This document shows positions 27,230 to 36,871 of a stretch of DNA of 64,000 bases, piece by piece (the stretch's first letter is position 1; each line of letters opens with the position of its first letter). Under the pieces are notes generated by a model, which was not told the DNA's origin, ran no database searches, and worked only from the letters and a program-made list of their open reading frames with translations. The DNA comes from an uncultured virus (IMG/VR IMGVR_UViG_2786546887_000004) (taxonomy: Duplodnaviria > Heunggongvirae > Uroviricota > Caudoviricetes). Position numbers and translations under genes: made by a program. The stretch lies in the IMG/VR virus record IMGVR_UViG_2786546887_000004; one strand, 5' to 3'.

Positions 27230-27973
27230 TTAGTCCTTACTCTTTTTATTTTTATCTATGTATGATTGATAGACTTTATAAGCCTGTCTCAAATTCTTTT
27301 TCTTTTCAGGATCTTTTGCTCTAACACTTGCTACTTTTGCTCTTTGACCCATTGCAATTGCAGCCTGCATTTTGTGAGCATGAGTTTTACCTGACCCTCT
27401 TATTTTACTTACAGATTGTTTTGCTTTTGCTTTATCTGTAAAACCTAGACCATGTATAGTGCCTTTTGGGTTTTCATCTGTGTATAAATCACTATGTTTA
27501 TCTGACCCAGCAGGTTGACCTTTCTTACGAGGTATTCTATTTGTATCTTCTTTTTTAATACCTAATTTTTTTTGTACTTTTTCTATTTCTTTTTTAATCT
27601 CTTTTTGTTTTTGAGAACCAGGCATTGTTGACATAGCCTTTCTCAAAAGTTTCATATACAAAGTTTTATCTGTATTAGCAGTTACCATAGGTTTGTATGT
27701 GCCTAAACCTGGTCCTGTTCTTTGTGAATATATTCCTGCTTGTTTACTTGATTGAGCACCTTTATATTGTGGGAATAATTGACCTTGACTTCCCATGGAT
27801 GCCATAGGGTTTAAAGTTGATACAGGTCCTATACCTATACCAGAACCCATACCCATGTATTCTCTTAATTCTCTTAAAGTTTTCTTACGGCCAGCACAAT
27901 GTGCTTTCTGTGAAAAACCTTTTGGGTTATCACAATCAATAGACTTTTTATATTTGTCTGACCATTTTGACAT
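27230..27973 (-). CDS. Modular basic protein, putative internal head protein
   Basis: Modules KWSDKYKKSIDCDNPKGFSQKAHC and HSDLYTDENPKGTIHGLGF. Confidence 0.65.
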   Translation of the reverse strand: MSKWSDKYKKSIDCDNPKGFSQKAHCAGRKKTLRELREYMGMGSGIGIGPVSTLNPMASMGSQGQLFPQYKGAQSSKQAGIYSQRTGPGLGTYKPMVTANTDKTLYMKLLRKAMSTMPGSQKQKEIKKEIEKVQKKLGIKKEDTNRIPRKKGQPAGSDKHSDLYTDENPKGTIHGLGFTDKAKAKQSVSKIRGSGKTHAHKMQAAIAMGQRAKVASVRAKDPEKKKNLRQAYKVYQSYIDKNKKSKD

Positions 27974-28551
27974 TACTTCTTTTTACCTTTAAGATATTCT
28001 ACGTAGTCGTTAATTTCACTATCGAATTGACTTAACATTCTAGCAGCTGCGTCATTTCTAACATTACCAGGAATAGTTCTACTATTCATGTTTTTAGATT
28101 TTGCAATTTCTTTAACTTTATTATCTACTGCATATCTGAATAATTTAACTGCTAAATCTTTATTGTAAACACCTTTTACTTTTTTTCTTGCTAAGTTTTT
28201 TACAATAGGTTCTAGTTGCCTTGAATATAACTGACCATCATTTGAAGCTTGTGTTGCAATTTCACTTGCTGACAAGTTTTCATTCATTCTAAATTTAGTT
28301 AAGAAGTTAGTTATTCTTTTCTTAAATTCATCTTTGTTTTTTTTCTTATAAGAGTTTGCTGCTTTTGGTTTTACACCTGGTTCACCATCTGGTCCTACAC
28401 CTATACCTGCGACATTACCACCGCCTGCACTATTAGCAGGTGCGTCTTCTTCAGGCACACAATTAGGTACCATTTTACCATTTTTCTTTTTAAGACCTAC
28501 TGCCTTATATCCTGTCCAGCATGCTTCTCTTAATTTGCTAAAAGTAATCAT
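27973..28551 (-). CDS. Modular protein, putative internal head protein
   Basis: MITFSKLRE-A N-terminus; CWTGY...VPNCVP module; PANSAGGGNVAG module. Confidence 0.65.
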   Translation of the reverse strand: MITFSKLREACWTGYKAVGLKKKNGKMVPNCVPEEDAPANSAGGGNVAGIGVGPDGEPGVKPKAANSYKKKNKDEFKKRITNFLTKFRMNENLSASEIATQASNDGQLYSRQLEPIVKNLARKKVKGVYNKDLAVKLFRYAVDNKVKEIAKSKNMNSRTIPGNVRNDAAARMLSQFDSEINDYVEYLKGKKK

Positions 28552-29138
28552 TAAAATCTGATCCTTTCTATGTTGTCCTCTGATACTATTACTTTCTTTT
28601 GTGTTTCCTCATTAACAACATGATATAAGTTAACACCTAAAAAGTTATCAAAAGCCACTTGATCTTCTACGTTTTTTACAATATCACCTACATCAGCAGT
28701 TGTTTCATTATTCAGATCAGTTAATGTATCTGTCATAATAAATCTACCTTGAGGTAGTATATTGTCCTCAGACGATTCTTTCATTTCGCCAAAGTGTATT
28801 AAATCGTTATCTCTTAAATAAGTGTAAAGTTCTTTTTCGATTTCAACCATATTTAAGTCTTTACTCTCTTTAAGTAATAAACCTAATGCGGCCGCATATG
28901 TGCCTATTTTAGATTTACCACCAGGTATTACATTTATCAAACGCTTCAAATTAAAAACAAATTTATGTAAGATAGTATAACTCTCTCTTTCTTTAGATGT
29001 TTTTAACTCTTTTGTTTTTCGTAATACTTTTCCATTCTTATCAATTATGCCGTACTTATAAGCGTCTTGTTTTTCAAAAGGAGTAATTAACATCTTAATT
29101 ATCCTATATGTTATAAGTACATCTATTGCTCTTCCCAT
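28551..29138 (-). CDS. Conserved T4-like marine phage hypothetical protein
   Basis: YRIIKMLITPF...AYKYGIIDKNG...FVFNLKRL. Confidence 0.75.
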   Translation of the reverse strand: MGRAIDVLITYRIIKMLITPFEKQDAYKYGIIDKNGKVLRKTKELKTSKERESYTILHKFVFNLKRLINVIPGGKSKIGTYAAALGLLLKESKDLNMVEIEKELYTYLRDNDLIHFGEMKESSEDNILPQGRFIMTDTLTDLNNETTADVGDIVKNVEDQVAFDNFLGVNLYHVVNEETQKKVIVSEDNIERIRF

Positions 29139-29500
29139 TACATTTGTTCCAAACTATTTAATATTGTTTTATTTACTTTAACATTGTTAAATTCTTCATC
29201 ACTAACATACTTCAAATATACTAAAAAAGTTTTAAGTATTCCCCAAAACTCTCTTTCTATTTTAAAAAATAACAAAGTACAAGCTGCGTCAACACCAAAA
29301 ACATTTTGTAGTACAATTAGATGATTAATAACTAATCTAGTTTTTAATTCACCTGTTGCCTTGTACTTACGAAATAAGCGTTTAATATACTTAAATCGTT
29401 TCACATCCTCATAAAACTCTTTTTCAGAGTCTAAATTAGGACAATCATAATTTTTGATTGCGTAAAACAACCAGTTATCTTTTGTTATCTTACTGAACAT
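29138..29500 (-). CDS. Conserved T4-like marine phage hypothetical protein
   Basis: EFYEDVKRFKYIKRL...LVINHLIVLQNVFG. Confidence 0.8.
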   Translation of the reverse strand: MFSKITKDNWLFYAIKNYDCPNLDSEKEFYEDVKRFKYIKRLFRKYKATGELKTRLVINHLIVLQNVFGVDAACTLLFFKIEREFWGILKTFLVYLKYVSDEEFNNVKVNKTILNSLEQM

Positions 29501-29952
29501 TAAGCAAGCTCTGCATAAACTTTAACAGCGCCGTTTTCTAATGTTTCGTAATTACCTTTTAACTTTAACTCTTTGCCTAATTTATGTTGTATACCATCAT
29601 CATTAATATCAGAGCCATCAGTGTCTTTACCGAAACGACCACCGTGTTGTGTCAAACCAGTTTCAAATTTACCACTCTTGCCTTCTATACTTACAGAGTC
29701 TTTGAATACTAAACCGATTGTGCCTAGTCTTTGTGATAATTGACTTAACGCAGCCTCTGGTTTAATATATTCTCTGTCTGCAATAGATTTAACAAAAGCA
29801 TTTACTCTTTCAAGTACAGCAGGTTCATGTATGTTGTGAACGCCAATAGAACCGTCTTCAATAGACTCTTCGCCACCACCAGCAGTGTTGACACCTTTAG
29901 CATCCCCAGCATATCCCTTGTATTCCTTGATATGTTGTTTAAATGTTTTCAT
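29500..29952 (-). CDS. Hypothetical protein with internal-protein-like N-terminus
   Basis: Start reassigned to MKTFKQHIKE (AAGGA SD). Confidence 0.7.
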   Translation of the reverse strand: MKTFKQHIKEYKGYAGDAKGVNTAGGGEESIEDGSIGVHNIHEPAVLERVNAFVKSIADREYIKPEAALSQLSQRLGTIGLVFKDSVSIEGKSGKFETGLTQHGGRFGKDTDGSDINDDGIQHKLGKELKLKGNYETLENGAVKVYAELA

Positions 29953-29953
29953 T

Positions 29954-30169
29954 TTAGTTTCCTTTAACTTTTTCCTTAACTTTTTGTAATAACTTGGATG
30001 ATACCACACCATTGCTACTACCTTTCTTATTTTCTTTTCTCACACTTTTAAAAGACTTACCACCTAGTAAATCTTCTTCAAAGTCGTTTACTGACATCTC
30101 CTCAAACTGCTCAGAGTGAGGAGTGTTATCAGCGATTTCGTTTAAGAATTTGTCCATTTCTTTATCCAT
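29954..30169 (-). CDS. Hypothetical protein
   Basis: 71-aa ORF tightly packed between neighbours. Confidence 0.55.
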   Translation of the reverse strand: MDKEMDKFLNEIADNTPHSEQFEEMSVNDFEEDLLGGKSFKSVRKENKKGSSNGVVSSKLLQKVKEKVKGN

Positions 30170-30411
30170 TATGCTAATGAAGCAGAAACTGCCTTATCCT
30201 TTTCATTTAATAAAACCCTAGTGTCTTTTTTCTCTGTGTCGACCATCGGAATGAGTTTATCAATCTGTTGTATCGCACCATATACAGCATTTAAATTATT
30301 CTGCTGTGTAGTCAAAGACTTTTTAGTTTTTTCTATATTAGATGATATAGTGTCAAAATCACTTTGTAATTTTTTTCTTTCATCTTGTAGATAATTTAAT
30401 TCAATACCCAT
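30169..30411 (-). CDS. Small coiled-coil protein
   Basis: 80-aa ORF; LNAVYGAIQ. Confidence 0.7.
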   Translation of the reverse strand: MGIELNYLQDERKKLQSDFDTISSNIEKTKKSLTTQQNNLNAVYGAIQQIDKLIPMVDTEKKDTRVLLNEKDKAVSASLA

Positions 30412-30428
30412 AATAATACCCTTTCAAA

Positions 30429-30890
30429 TTACGAAGTTGTATAACCGTTACCTGCGATTATATTCCAATTACTATTTTTGAATAAACAAGTAACCGTTTC
30501 ACCTTGAGCGTTTAACAAAATATTAGTATACCCTCTTAAATTAGAAGGTGTAATAGTTTGTATGTGTGTGCCTGAAGATGAAGTGTTAATAAATGTTTTT
30601 ACTTGTCCGTCTGAACCATCAGCAAGTGTTATTGTTGCAGTACCAGCTGTACCATTTACCTCTGTTATTGCACTAGTCACATCTGCTACAAGTGTAGTTG
30701 AACCATCACTTGTTAATGATTGTGAAGCTTGTGCTAAACCTAAGAAAGATGGTATATTGTTAAATACGTCTTCGGCTGCAATTTTTTTGTTGATTGGTGT
30801 TCCAGTAGGATCATCTACTACGTGAAATAAGTCTGCAGCTGCAATCCCATCACCAAGATTAGAAAGCGCTGTTATTTTTTTATCTGCCAT
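30429..30890 (-). CDS. Putative virion structural/fibre protein
   Basis: MADKKITAL...DLFHVVDD...NKKI N-terminal motif typical of phage fibres; T/G/A-rich; GGAG SD. Confidence 0.65.
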   Translation of the reverse strand: MADKKITALSNLGDGIAAADLFHVVDDPTGTPINKKIAAEDVFNNIPSFLGLAQASQSLTSDGSTTLVADVTSAITEVNGTAGTATITLADGSDGQVKTFINTSSSGTHIQTITPSNLRGYTNILLNAQGETVTCLFKNSNWNIIAGNGYTTS

Positions 30891-30956
30891 TTTTTTCTCC
30901 TATAAACCCTTTCGGGTATGCTACTCTAGGTATATTCCTAGATCACTTTGTTAATA

Positions 30957-30988
30957 TATTTAGTAGGGCGCCCAAAGAGCGCCCCCTA
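30957..30988 (-). promoter_or_regulatory. GC-rich stem-loop followed by a variant late promoter
   Basis: GGGCGC/GCGCCC hairpin, then ACTAAATA. Confidence 0.45.
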
Positions 30989-30999
30989 ATATTATAATA

Positions 31000-31341
31000 T
31001 TAGTTTGATGTTAAGCACACTAGAGTCTCTGCTTGTACTCTACTTGCTCTGCCACCAGAACCTTGTTTTCTTAATACCCAACCGCTGTGTGCGCCAGTCA
31101 CTTTTAATAAAGTAGAACCGTCTTGCGACAATTGTCCTGCACTAGCTTCAGAAGCCGAGATATTGAATAAACCAAGTTTTGCACCTGTAATAAACTGACT
31201 GAAAGTTTCGTTTTTGTATAACTTACCAGCTGCAGCTGCATTACCAGTGTGCATATTCGCCGCTGTCGGCGACTTGTTTACGTAAAGAAGTGACCATAAA
31301 GGTGCACTTCCTCCACTATCTGTTTTTGCCCAACTTGACAT
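31000..31341 (-). CDS. Putative virion structural protein
   Basis: C-terminal HSGWV...GR..RV.AETLV motif; follows a late promoter. Confidence 0.65.
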   Translation of the reverse strand: MSSWAKTDSGGSAPLWSLLYVNKSPTAANMHTGNAAAAGKLYKNETFSQFITGAKLGLFNISASEASAGQLSQDGSTLLKVTGAHSGWVLRKQGSGGRASRVQAETLVCLTSN

Positions 31342-31400
31342 AATTTTCTCTCCTATTTTAAATATTAGTTAATAGTACTCAATTTGTTGATATAACGCTA

Positions 31401-31408
31401 TATTTATA
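31401..31408 (-). promoter_or_regulatory. T4-type late promoter
   Basis: Intergenic TATAAATA. Confidence 0.7.
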
Positions 31409-31411
31409 AGA

Positions 31412-31906
31412 CTAAAAACCTAGTCTTTTTAATTGTTGTATTGTTTTTGATGTTGATGTATGATGAATACCTATACCACCTGACATATTAAAATCTCTTA
31501 TGTTTTTTTCGTAATCATCAATTAGAATTGCTGGTTTACCTCTTTTTGCAAAGAGTTTCTTCTCTCTTCTTTTTACAAGATTAACTTTCTGTGGGTTGAC
31601 CATATTAACATTTTTTCTTAACCATGCTCTTTTACCTGGTATGCAATTAGGGTCAAAATTTTCTTCTACATATGCACTTAAAATATGTGGGTCATGTTTA
31701 GATATGTAAGACCATAATTGTTTGCCACCTTGCATCCAAGGTAGGTCATACCAGAAGTTTTTATTTTGTAAGATAAGTGACCACTTTTGTTTAGATGAGG
31801 GTATGTTCATCCATCTGTTGATAGACATACCTGTTGTCTTAACGGCAGCTGTTTTAAAGTCTGCTAGTACACCATCCATATCGCAATAGATGATTGGTTT
31901 GTCCAC
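31412..31906 (-). CDS. HAD-family phosphatase (5'(3')-nucleotidase-like)
   Basis: YCDMDGVLADF, ILS, K, ILIDD motifs. Confidence 0.85.
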   Translation of the reverse strand: MDKPIIYCDMDGVLADFKTAAVKTTGMSINRWMNIPSSKQKWSLILQNKNFWYDLPWMQGGKQLWSYISKHDPHILSAYVEENFDPNCIPGKRAWLRKNVNMVNPQKVNLVKRREKKLFAKRGKPAILIDDYEKNIRDFNMSGGIGIHHTSTSKTIQQLKRLGF

Positions 31907-31909
31907 GAT

Positions 31910-32554
31910 TTAGATTCTCTCTGATTGTGGTTGAGTATCTACGGTTGCAATTTTTTTACCTGTCATAGTTTTATTCATTTCTTTTCTCATGTCTTTAAAT
32001 GTTTTTTCATTTTCAGGTTTGCCTAGTTTCTTTTGCATTTCTGCTTTTGATTCACCATATTTTGCTTTAAATTGCTCAGCAGATAAATCTTTCATATCAA
32101 TAGCGATTTCTTTCATTCTACCCTCTTTGATAGGTTTAATGATTTCTCTTTCACCTTTTTTAGGGTCTTTATAACCATCGTGTTTCTTTTGATTAATTTT
32201 TTCACCTTTGTCATCTGGCGTCACTTTTTCTTTAATATTACCAGAGATTGCTTTTCTTCTTTTGTGAAGATACTTATCAGTAGAATCAACATCACCATCG
32301 TTGTCAATGTCTTTGTCTTTTCTGTCGTCAAATTTTTTCTTAACAGCGTCTTTGTTTACTGGGTCTAATTTACTTTCACTTACAACTTTAGCAGCTGCGT
32401 CTGCAAGTGAACCTGGTTTAGTACCTAAGTATTTTTTCTCTGTTGTTAATTTAACGTCTGATTTAAATGTTCTATCTATCGTTGGCTGCTCTGAAGCTAT
32501 CTTCGTAGAAAGTTCTTCAATGCTGCCTTTTTTACTTTCTAAATATTTACTCAT
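31910..32554 (-). CDS. Modular charged protein, putative internal/core head protein
   Basis: DIDNDGDVDSTDKYLHKRRKAI module; repeated KYL..K.GS; hxE junctions. Confidence 0.65.
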   Translation of the reverse strand: MSKYLESKKGSIEELSTKIASEQPTIDRTFKSDVKLTTEKKYLGTKPGSLADAAAKVVSESKLDPVNKDAVKKKFDDRKDKDIDNDGDVDSTDKYLHKRRKAISGNIKEKVTPDDKGEKINQKKHDGYKDPKKGEREIIKPIKEGRMKEIAIDMKDLSAEQFKAKYGESKAEMQKKLGKPENEKTFKDMRKEMNKTMTGKKIATVDTQPQSERI

Positions 32555-33723
32555 TATTTTTTTCCCTTTTTAGCTGCACGAGCCTTCTTCGCCAAATCAG
32601 CGTCAGCTGTGTAGTATGCTTTTCCTTTTGTGATGAACGCATTAACTCTAGCAAATGCCCATTGTTGTGGCGTTGTACCAGGTCTATGTCCACCTTTCCA
32701 TGCAGCCATACCTCTATTGTACACTTGTTTTAAAATGCCGTAAGGTATGCCTGACTTTTCAGATTTGTTTTTTATTCCTTCAATCTGTTTTTCATCTATT
32801 TGTTGCATTTCTTTTTCTTTCTTTGGTTCTTTTTCTGAAGTTAATCGAGCTGCTCTTTCTTTATTTTTTAAGTCATCTAGTTTTAACTTCATTGTTTCTA
32901 AATCTGCCTTTGCAATTGCCATAGGCGTTTTCTGTTTAGGATCACCAACATCCATACTATTAACTTTATTAGTTTTATCTGTAATTCTATTTTGTAAATC
33001 AGATATTTTTTGAGCAGGTGTTTTTTCTACTTCAGTAATACCCTCTTTCTTTTTAACAATATTTGTTGCCGTAGCGTATCTTACTGCGTCACCTTTTTCT
33101 TTACCATATCTGTCTTTAAAATCTTTTTTAGGCAACTCATCTGCCATCTTATGTACTTTTTTAATCTGACCTTTTGATAAGTCTGCCTCTTTCATATCAG
33201 GATTATACATTAAATAATCTGATACTGAATTAATATAATCTTTTGCTTTTGTAATTTTAGATTGTACCCATGCTTCTAAAGGATTACCCTCATCTGTTTT
33301 ACCTTGCAACATAGATGATAATTGAGTAGCCTTATCTGCGATTGCCTCTAACTCACCTCTTGCCATAGATACTTCATGGTCGTCTTCTTCTTTGACAGCC
33401 TTTTTTAACATATCTCTCTGACCAGCATGAGCGTCTGAAGCCTTGTCTAATTTAGATATAACTTTTTTAACAACTGATAAATCTTTGTTGTCTAGGCCTT
33501 CTTTAAATTTTATATTACCTCTTAAAGTATCCTGTGTAATTTCTATTTCTTTTACACCATCTCTTTTTAATTGATCCATCTTTGCCTGTGCCTTTTCTTT
33601 TGTTTTAAAAGGTACTGCAAATCTTTTTTTATTTAATGGATCTCTATATCTTACTACATGAACAAGTGTAAATTCACTTACTTGTTCTCTAATCTCTTCC
33701 CAACTTTTTCTATATCTACTCAT
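32554..33723 (-). CDS. Modular protein with C-terminal DUF5824-like domain
   Basis: DHEVSMAR...LEAWVQSKIT module; KQVYNRGMAAWKGGHRPG...WAFARVNAF. Confidence 0.7.
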   Translation of the reverse strand: MSRYRKSWEEIREQVSEFTLVHVVRYRDPLNKKRFAVPFKTKEKAQAKMDQLKRDGVKEIEITQDTLRGNIKFKEGLDNKDLSVVKKVISKLDKASDAHAGQRDMLKKAVKEEDDHEVSMARGELEAIADKATQLSSMLQGKTDEGNPLEAWVQSKITKAKDYINSVSDYLMYNPDMKEADLSKGQIKKVHKMADELPKKDFKDRYGKEKGDAVRYATATNIVKKKEGITEVEKTPAQKISDLQNRITDKTNKVNSMDVGDPKQKTPMAIAKADLETMKLKLDDLKNKERAARLTSEKEPKKEKEMQQIDEKQIEGIKNKSEKSGIPYGILKQVYNRGMAAWKGGHRPGTTPQQWAFARVNAFITKGKAYYTADADLAKKARAAKKGKK

Positions 33724-36584
33724 TAGTTATTTACCTTTGCCCCAGCTCTCCACTGATAACAAGACCAGTATCGTGCTTTCCATTTAGGCCCTGGAGTATC
33801 ACATCTATGTCTTGCTCTGAAGCTTCGTCTTCTTGCAGGATCATCTCTCTTAATACTCAAACCTGTTGTATCACCAAAAGAAACTTTTACTACTTTACCT
33901 GTTGGGCCTTTTACATAAACATAAAACTTTTTAGAACCACCTCTAATCGGGTCGTTTAGTTTTACCTTTTTGCCTTGATATTCGGCCTCTTGTAAAGGTT
34001 CTGACTCGTGTTCAAATAAACACTCGTCACATTTCTTATCAAACTCTTCATCAAATTGTTTAAAACTTTTCACTTCTATATTTTCTCCGATACTCTTTCT
34101 GACTTCTTCTTTTTCATCGCCATGTTTTGATTTAAAGTCTTCTTTTGTTAGAGTTTTAATATCTCTACTATATTCTTTAAATCTACTTTTGACAATCTCG
34201 TCATTTGTATCAACAACTTTGTTGACCATTTTTTCGTAGGTTTCTTCTAATTTAGATTCCCACTCATCACCGTATCGTCCCTTATATTTATCTATCGTTT
34301 CATCGCTATTTCGCCACTCTTCAATGTCTTTTAATTCTACTTTATTAATCATTTTAATCTTCTTACCAGAGACTTGTATTTTGTTATTTTCTGGATTACT
34401 TGGGGTATATGTTGTGCCTTGAAACTTAGGATCATAATTAGGTTCACCTGGTGTAATAGATGAAGTGTATTTTGCATAATCATGCCCTATATCGTATGCC
34501 TCAGGCATACCCATATTTGTAAGACCCATATTTACTTTTTCAGTCTCTTTGTTATTTCTGTTAATTTTTAGTTCGCCATACATTTGTTTAAACTTCTTCG
34601 TGTACTTACTAGGTTTAGTCTTTGCACCTTTGTCAGCACTAGTTTGTTTGTAGGCTGCAGGATCGTCATCTCTCATTTTAGATTGTCTGTCTAATTGTTT
34701 CTTATGTTGTCTTGCCTTATCTTTTGATAGACCTTTTACATATTTTTTAGGTAGACCTGTCTCTTTATCTTCAGGTGATTTCTTAATAGAACCACCTTTG
34801 TCGTAGTATTTCGGATCCCTTTTATATTTGTGTTTAGCAATTTTCTTTGCTCTTTCTTCTAACTCAATAGGATATACTGGCGTTTCCATAATGTTATGTA
34901 ACCAACATCTATGTAATTTATTATCAACATCTTCTAAAGTCACATAGTTTGTTCCTCTTCTTATAACTATACCAGTTATACCATTTTGTATATCGTCAAC
35001 TATATCTCCTACTTCGTAGATATGTTCACTGATATACTGATCTCTTAATGTCATTTTTTCTAATTCTTCTCTTGTTGAAGCAGTTATGAAAGGTTTAAAT
35101 CTTAATGCACCTGCACCAGCGTCATGGTTGACACCTGCAGCCAATTGCATACCTTTTCTTACATCTTTGAATAATTGTAAACCTCTATTTGAATTACCAA
35201 ATGAAGAAGGTAAACCTTTTTTAAATGTATCATAGTCGTCTGATTTAGCGGCAGTTCTCATTTTACTTGCACTCATGCCTGTTGCACCATCAGCGTCTGG
35301 ATCTCTTTCACCAGCAGATACAATATTAATTTTATCATAGTTATAGAAACCATGTCTGCTTCTTATGTTATTGTATTTCTTAATTGTTGTTTCAAATTCT
35401 CTTACTCTATCACTACCAACTACCATAGATAATTCTGTTGTACCTCTATTGTATAGATCGGTCACTATTTCAAATACACTATTAGATTTACTTACAATAA
35501 TATTTCTAGCGTGTCTAGGAAACATTTGTTTCATTGCTTGTATTTTCTGTCTATAAGATAAAGGATTCTTTGCACTATCCTCTGACTTACTTACAAAGAT
35601 ATAATAGTTATCTGCTCTAACTTGCGATAACTTATTCATAAGTTTTTCATGTCCGATTGTTGGTGGATTGAATCGACCAAAGGTAAACGCTATATGTCTA
35701 CCTTTGGCCTCTTTTATTTTAGATAATGATTTCAGTTCATCTGGTGTTATTTTCCCGTCATCCATAATGTCGTTCAAATGTTTAAAGAATTTGAGATAAT
35801 GATACTTCTCTAACATCTTATAAATTACATTTTTAGGAAGTCGGTTCTTAACGCCAAACTTTCTGATTTCTTCTGGTGACATATCAGCCGCAAAAGAGTC
35901 TTTTCTATCTTGTACGGTCTTGTCTCCAATATCAATTAGAGTGTTAATAGAGTCTGTAATTTCAGCTAACTTTTTAGCAACTAATGTACTCAACCCATCA
36001 ATATCAGATGAGGTAAGCCTTGATAGTTCCTCATAATCAATAATATCTCGAGCCAATTCACCTTTAACAACATCTATTTCAGAAACACGTTTCTGAAAAT
36101 CCGCTAGGTATTTTTCAGGTTCGAAGGTGCCAGGATCTGGTCTTTTGATAAACTTATTATCGTCTATGTCAAAAGTACCATCTGCCATGTCCCTTGCCTT
36201 ACTAAATGTAGCAGGATCTATGATAGAAAAGTAGTTTATAGGATGATCTGTGCCAGGTATTGTTTGACCATTTATTTCGCCTTGATATTCTCTTATTTTT
36301 TCATGTACCTTTTCTTGTTCTTCCTGTGAACCAGGTATATCAAATAAGATATTAACATCTAAATCAGCGTCATCTCTATATTGTTTTGTTAGTATAGAAC
36401 CAATTAAGGTATACTTAACTACTTTCCCAAATTTTTCAAATGTTTTAATTCCGTCTATTATTTGTTTTCTTACAGCAGGCTTTAAACTAGGATTACTTGT
36501 ATCTGGATTATCAAATACAGGTCTTGCGTATGTCTTTCTAGGTATGTCTATAATAGACTCTTTTATAAAATCTTTAAATCTCAT
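33723..36584 (-). CDS. Multidomain protein: Pol-beta-type nucleotidyltransferase + HIGH-type (cytidylyl/adenylyl) transferase + SH3/KOW-like + basic C-terminal modules
   Basis: LIGS...DADLDVNI; FTFGRFNPPTIGH, VVGSDR, MSASKMR; C-terminal KKFYVYV...SFGD...SFRARH.C...ARYWSC. Confidence 0.8.
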   Translation of the reverse strand: MRFKDFIKESIIDIPRKTYARPVFDNPDTSNPSLKPAVRKQIIDGIKTFEKFGKVVKYTLIGSILTKQYRDDADLDVNILFDIPGSQEEQEKVHEKIREYQGEINGQTIPGTDHPINYFSIIDPATFSKARDMADGTFDIDDNKFIKRPDPGTFEPEKYLADFQKRVSEIDVVKGELARDIIDYEELSRLTSSDIDGLSTLVAKKLAEITDSINTLIDIGDKTVQDRKDSFAADMSPEEIRKFGVKNRLPKNVIYKMLEKYHYLKFFKHLNDIMDDGKITPDELKSLSKIKEAKGRHIAFTFGRFNPPTIGHEKLMNKLSQVRADNYYIFVSKSEDSAKNPLSYRQKIQAMKQMFPRHARNIIVSKSNSVFEIVTDLYNRGTTELSMVVGSDRVREFETTIKKYNNIRSRHGFYNYDKINIVSAGERDPDADGATGMSASKMRTAAKSDDYDTFKKGLPSSFGNSNRGLQLFKDVRKGMQLAAGVNHDAGAGALRFKPFITASTREELEKMTLRDQYISEHIYEVGDIVDDIQNGITGIVIRRGTNYVTLEDVDNKLHRCWLHNIMETPVYPIELEERAKKIAKHKYKRDPKYYDKGGSIKKSPEDKETGLPKKYVKGLSKDKARQHKKQLDRQSKMRDDDPAAYKQTSADKGAKTKPSKYTKKFKQMYGELKINRNNKETEKVNMGLTNMGMPEAYDIGHDYAKYTSSITPGEPNYDPKFQGTTYTPSNPENNKIQVSGKKIKMINKVELKDIEEWRNSDETIDKYKGRYGDEWESKLEETYEKMVNKVVDTNDEIVKSRFKEYSRDIKTLTKEDFKSKHGDEKEEVRKSIGENIEVKSFKQFDEEFDKKCDECLFEHESEPLQEAEYQGKKVKLNDPIRGGSKKFYVYVKGPTGKVVKVSFGDTTGLSIKRDDPARRRSFRARHRCDTPGPKWKARYWSCYQWRAGAKVNN

Positions 36585-36871
36585 TATTCTCCGCCGCCTC
36601 CATTGCCGCCGTTACCACCGTTTGCTCCATTACCACCGTTTCCATTACCATTGCCATTGCCATTGCCGTTACCATTTCCGTTAGTATCACCATTACCATT
36701 TGTATTATCTGTATCAGCGTTTTTACTTGTTGTACCAATACGACCAAAGAAAGGGTATCTTACATATTTATTTCCTGTAGGAACACAAACCTTTAGTTTA
36801 TTGTCAAATCTATATCCGTCAGGACATCTTTTATCTGCAACTAAACTCATGTACTCTTTAAATTTCTTCAT
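36584..36871 (-). CDS. Small protein with Cys motif and Gly/Asn repeat tail
   Basis: MKKFKEY; CPDGYRFD...CVP; (NG)n and GGN tail. Confidence 0.65.
   Translation of the reverse strand: MKKFKEYMSLVADKRCPDGYRFDNKLKVCVPTGNKYVRYPFFGRIGTTSKNADTDNTNGNGDTNGNGNGNGNGNGNGNGGNGANGGNGGNGGGGE
36590..36700. repeat. Low-complexity coding repeat (Gly-Asn)
   Basis: Imperfect ccattg/ccatta/ccgtta hexamer repeats. Confidence 0.8.

Noticed and set aside
36590..36700. Tandem repeats as CRISPR or VNTR
   Set aside because: Degenerate codon repeats encoding Gly-Asn; no spacers or cas genes
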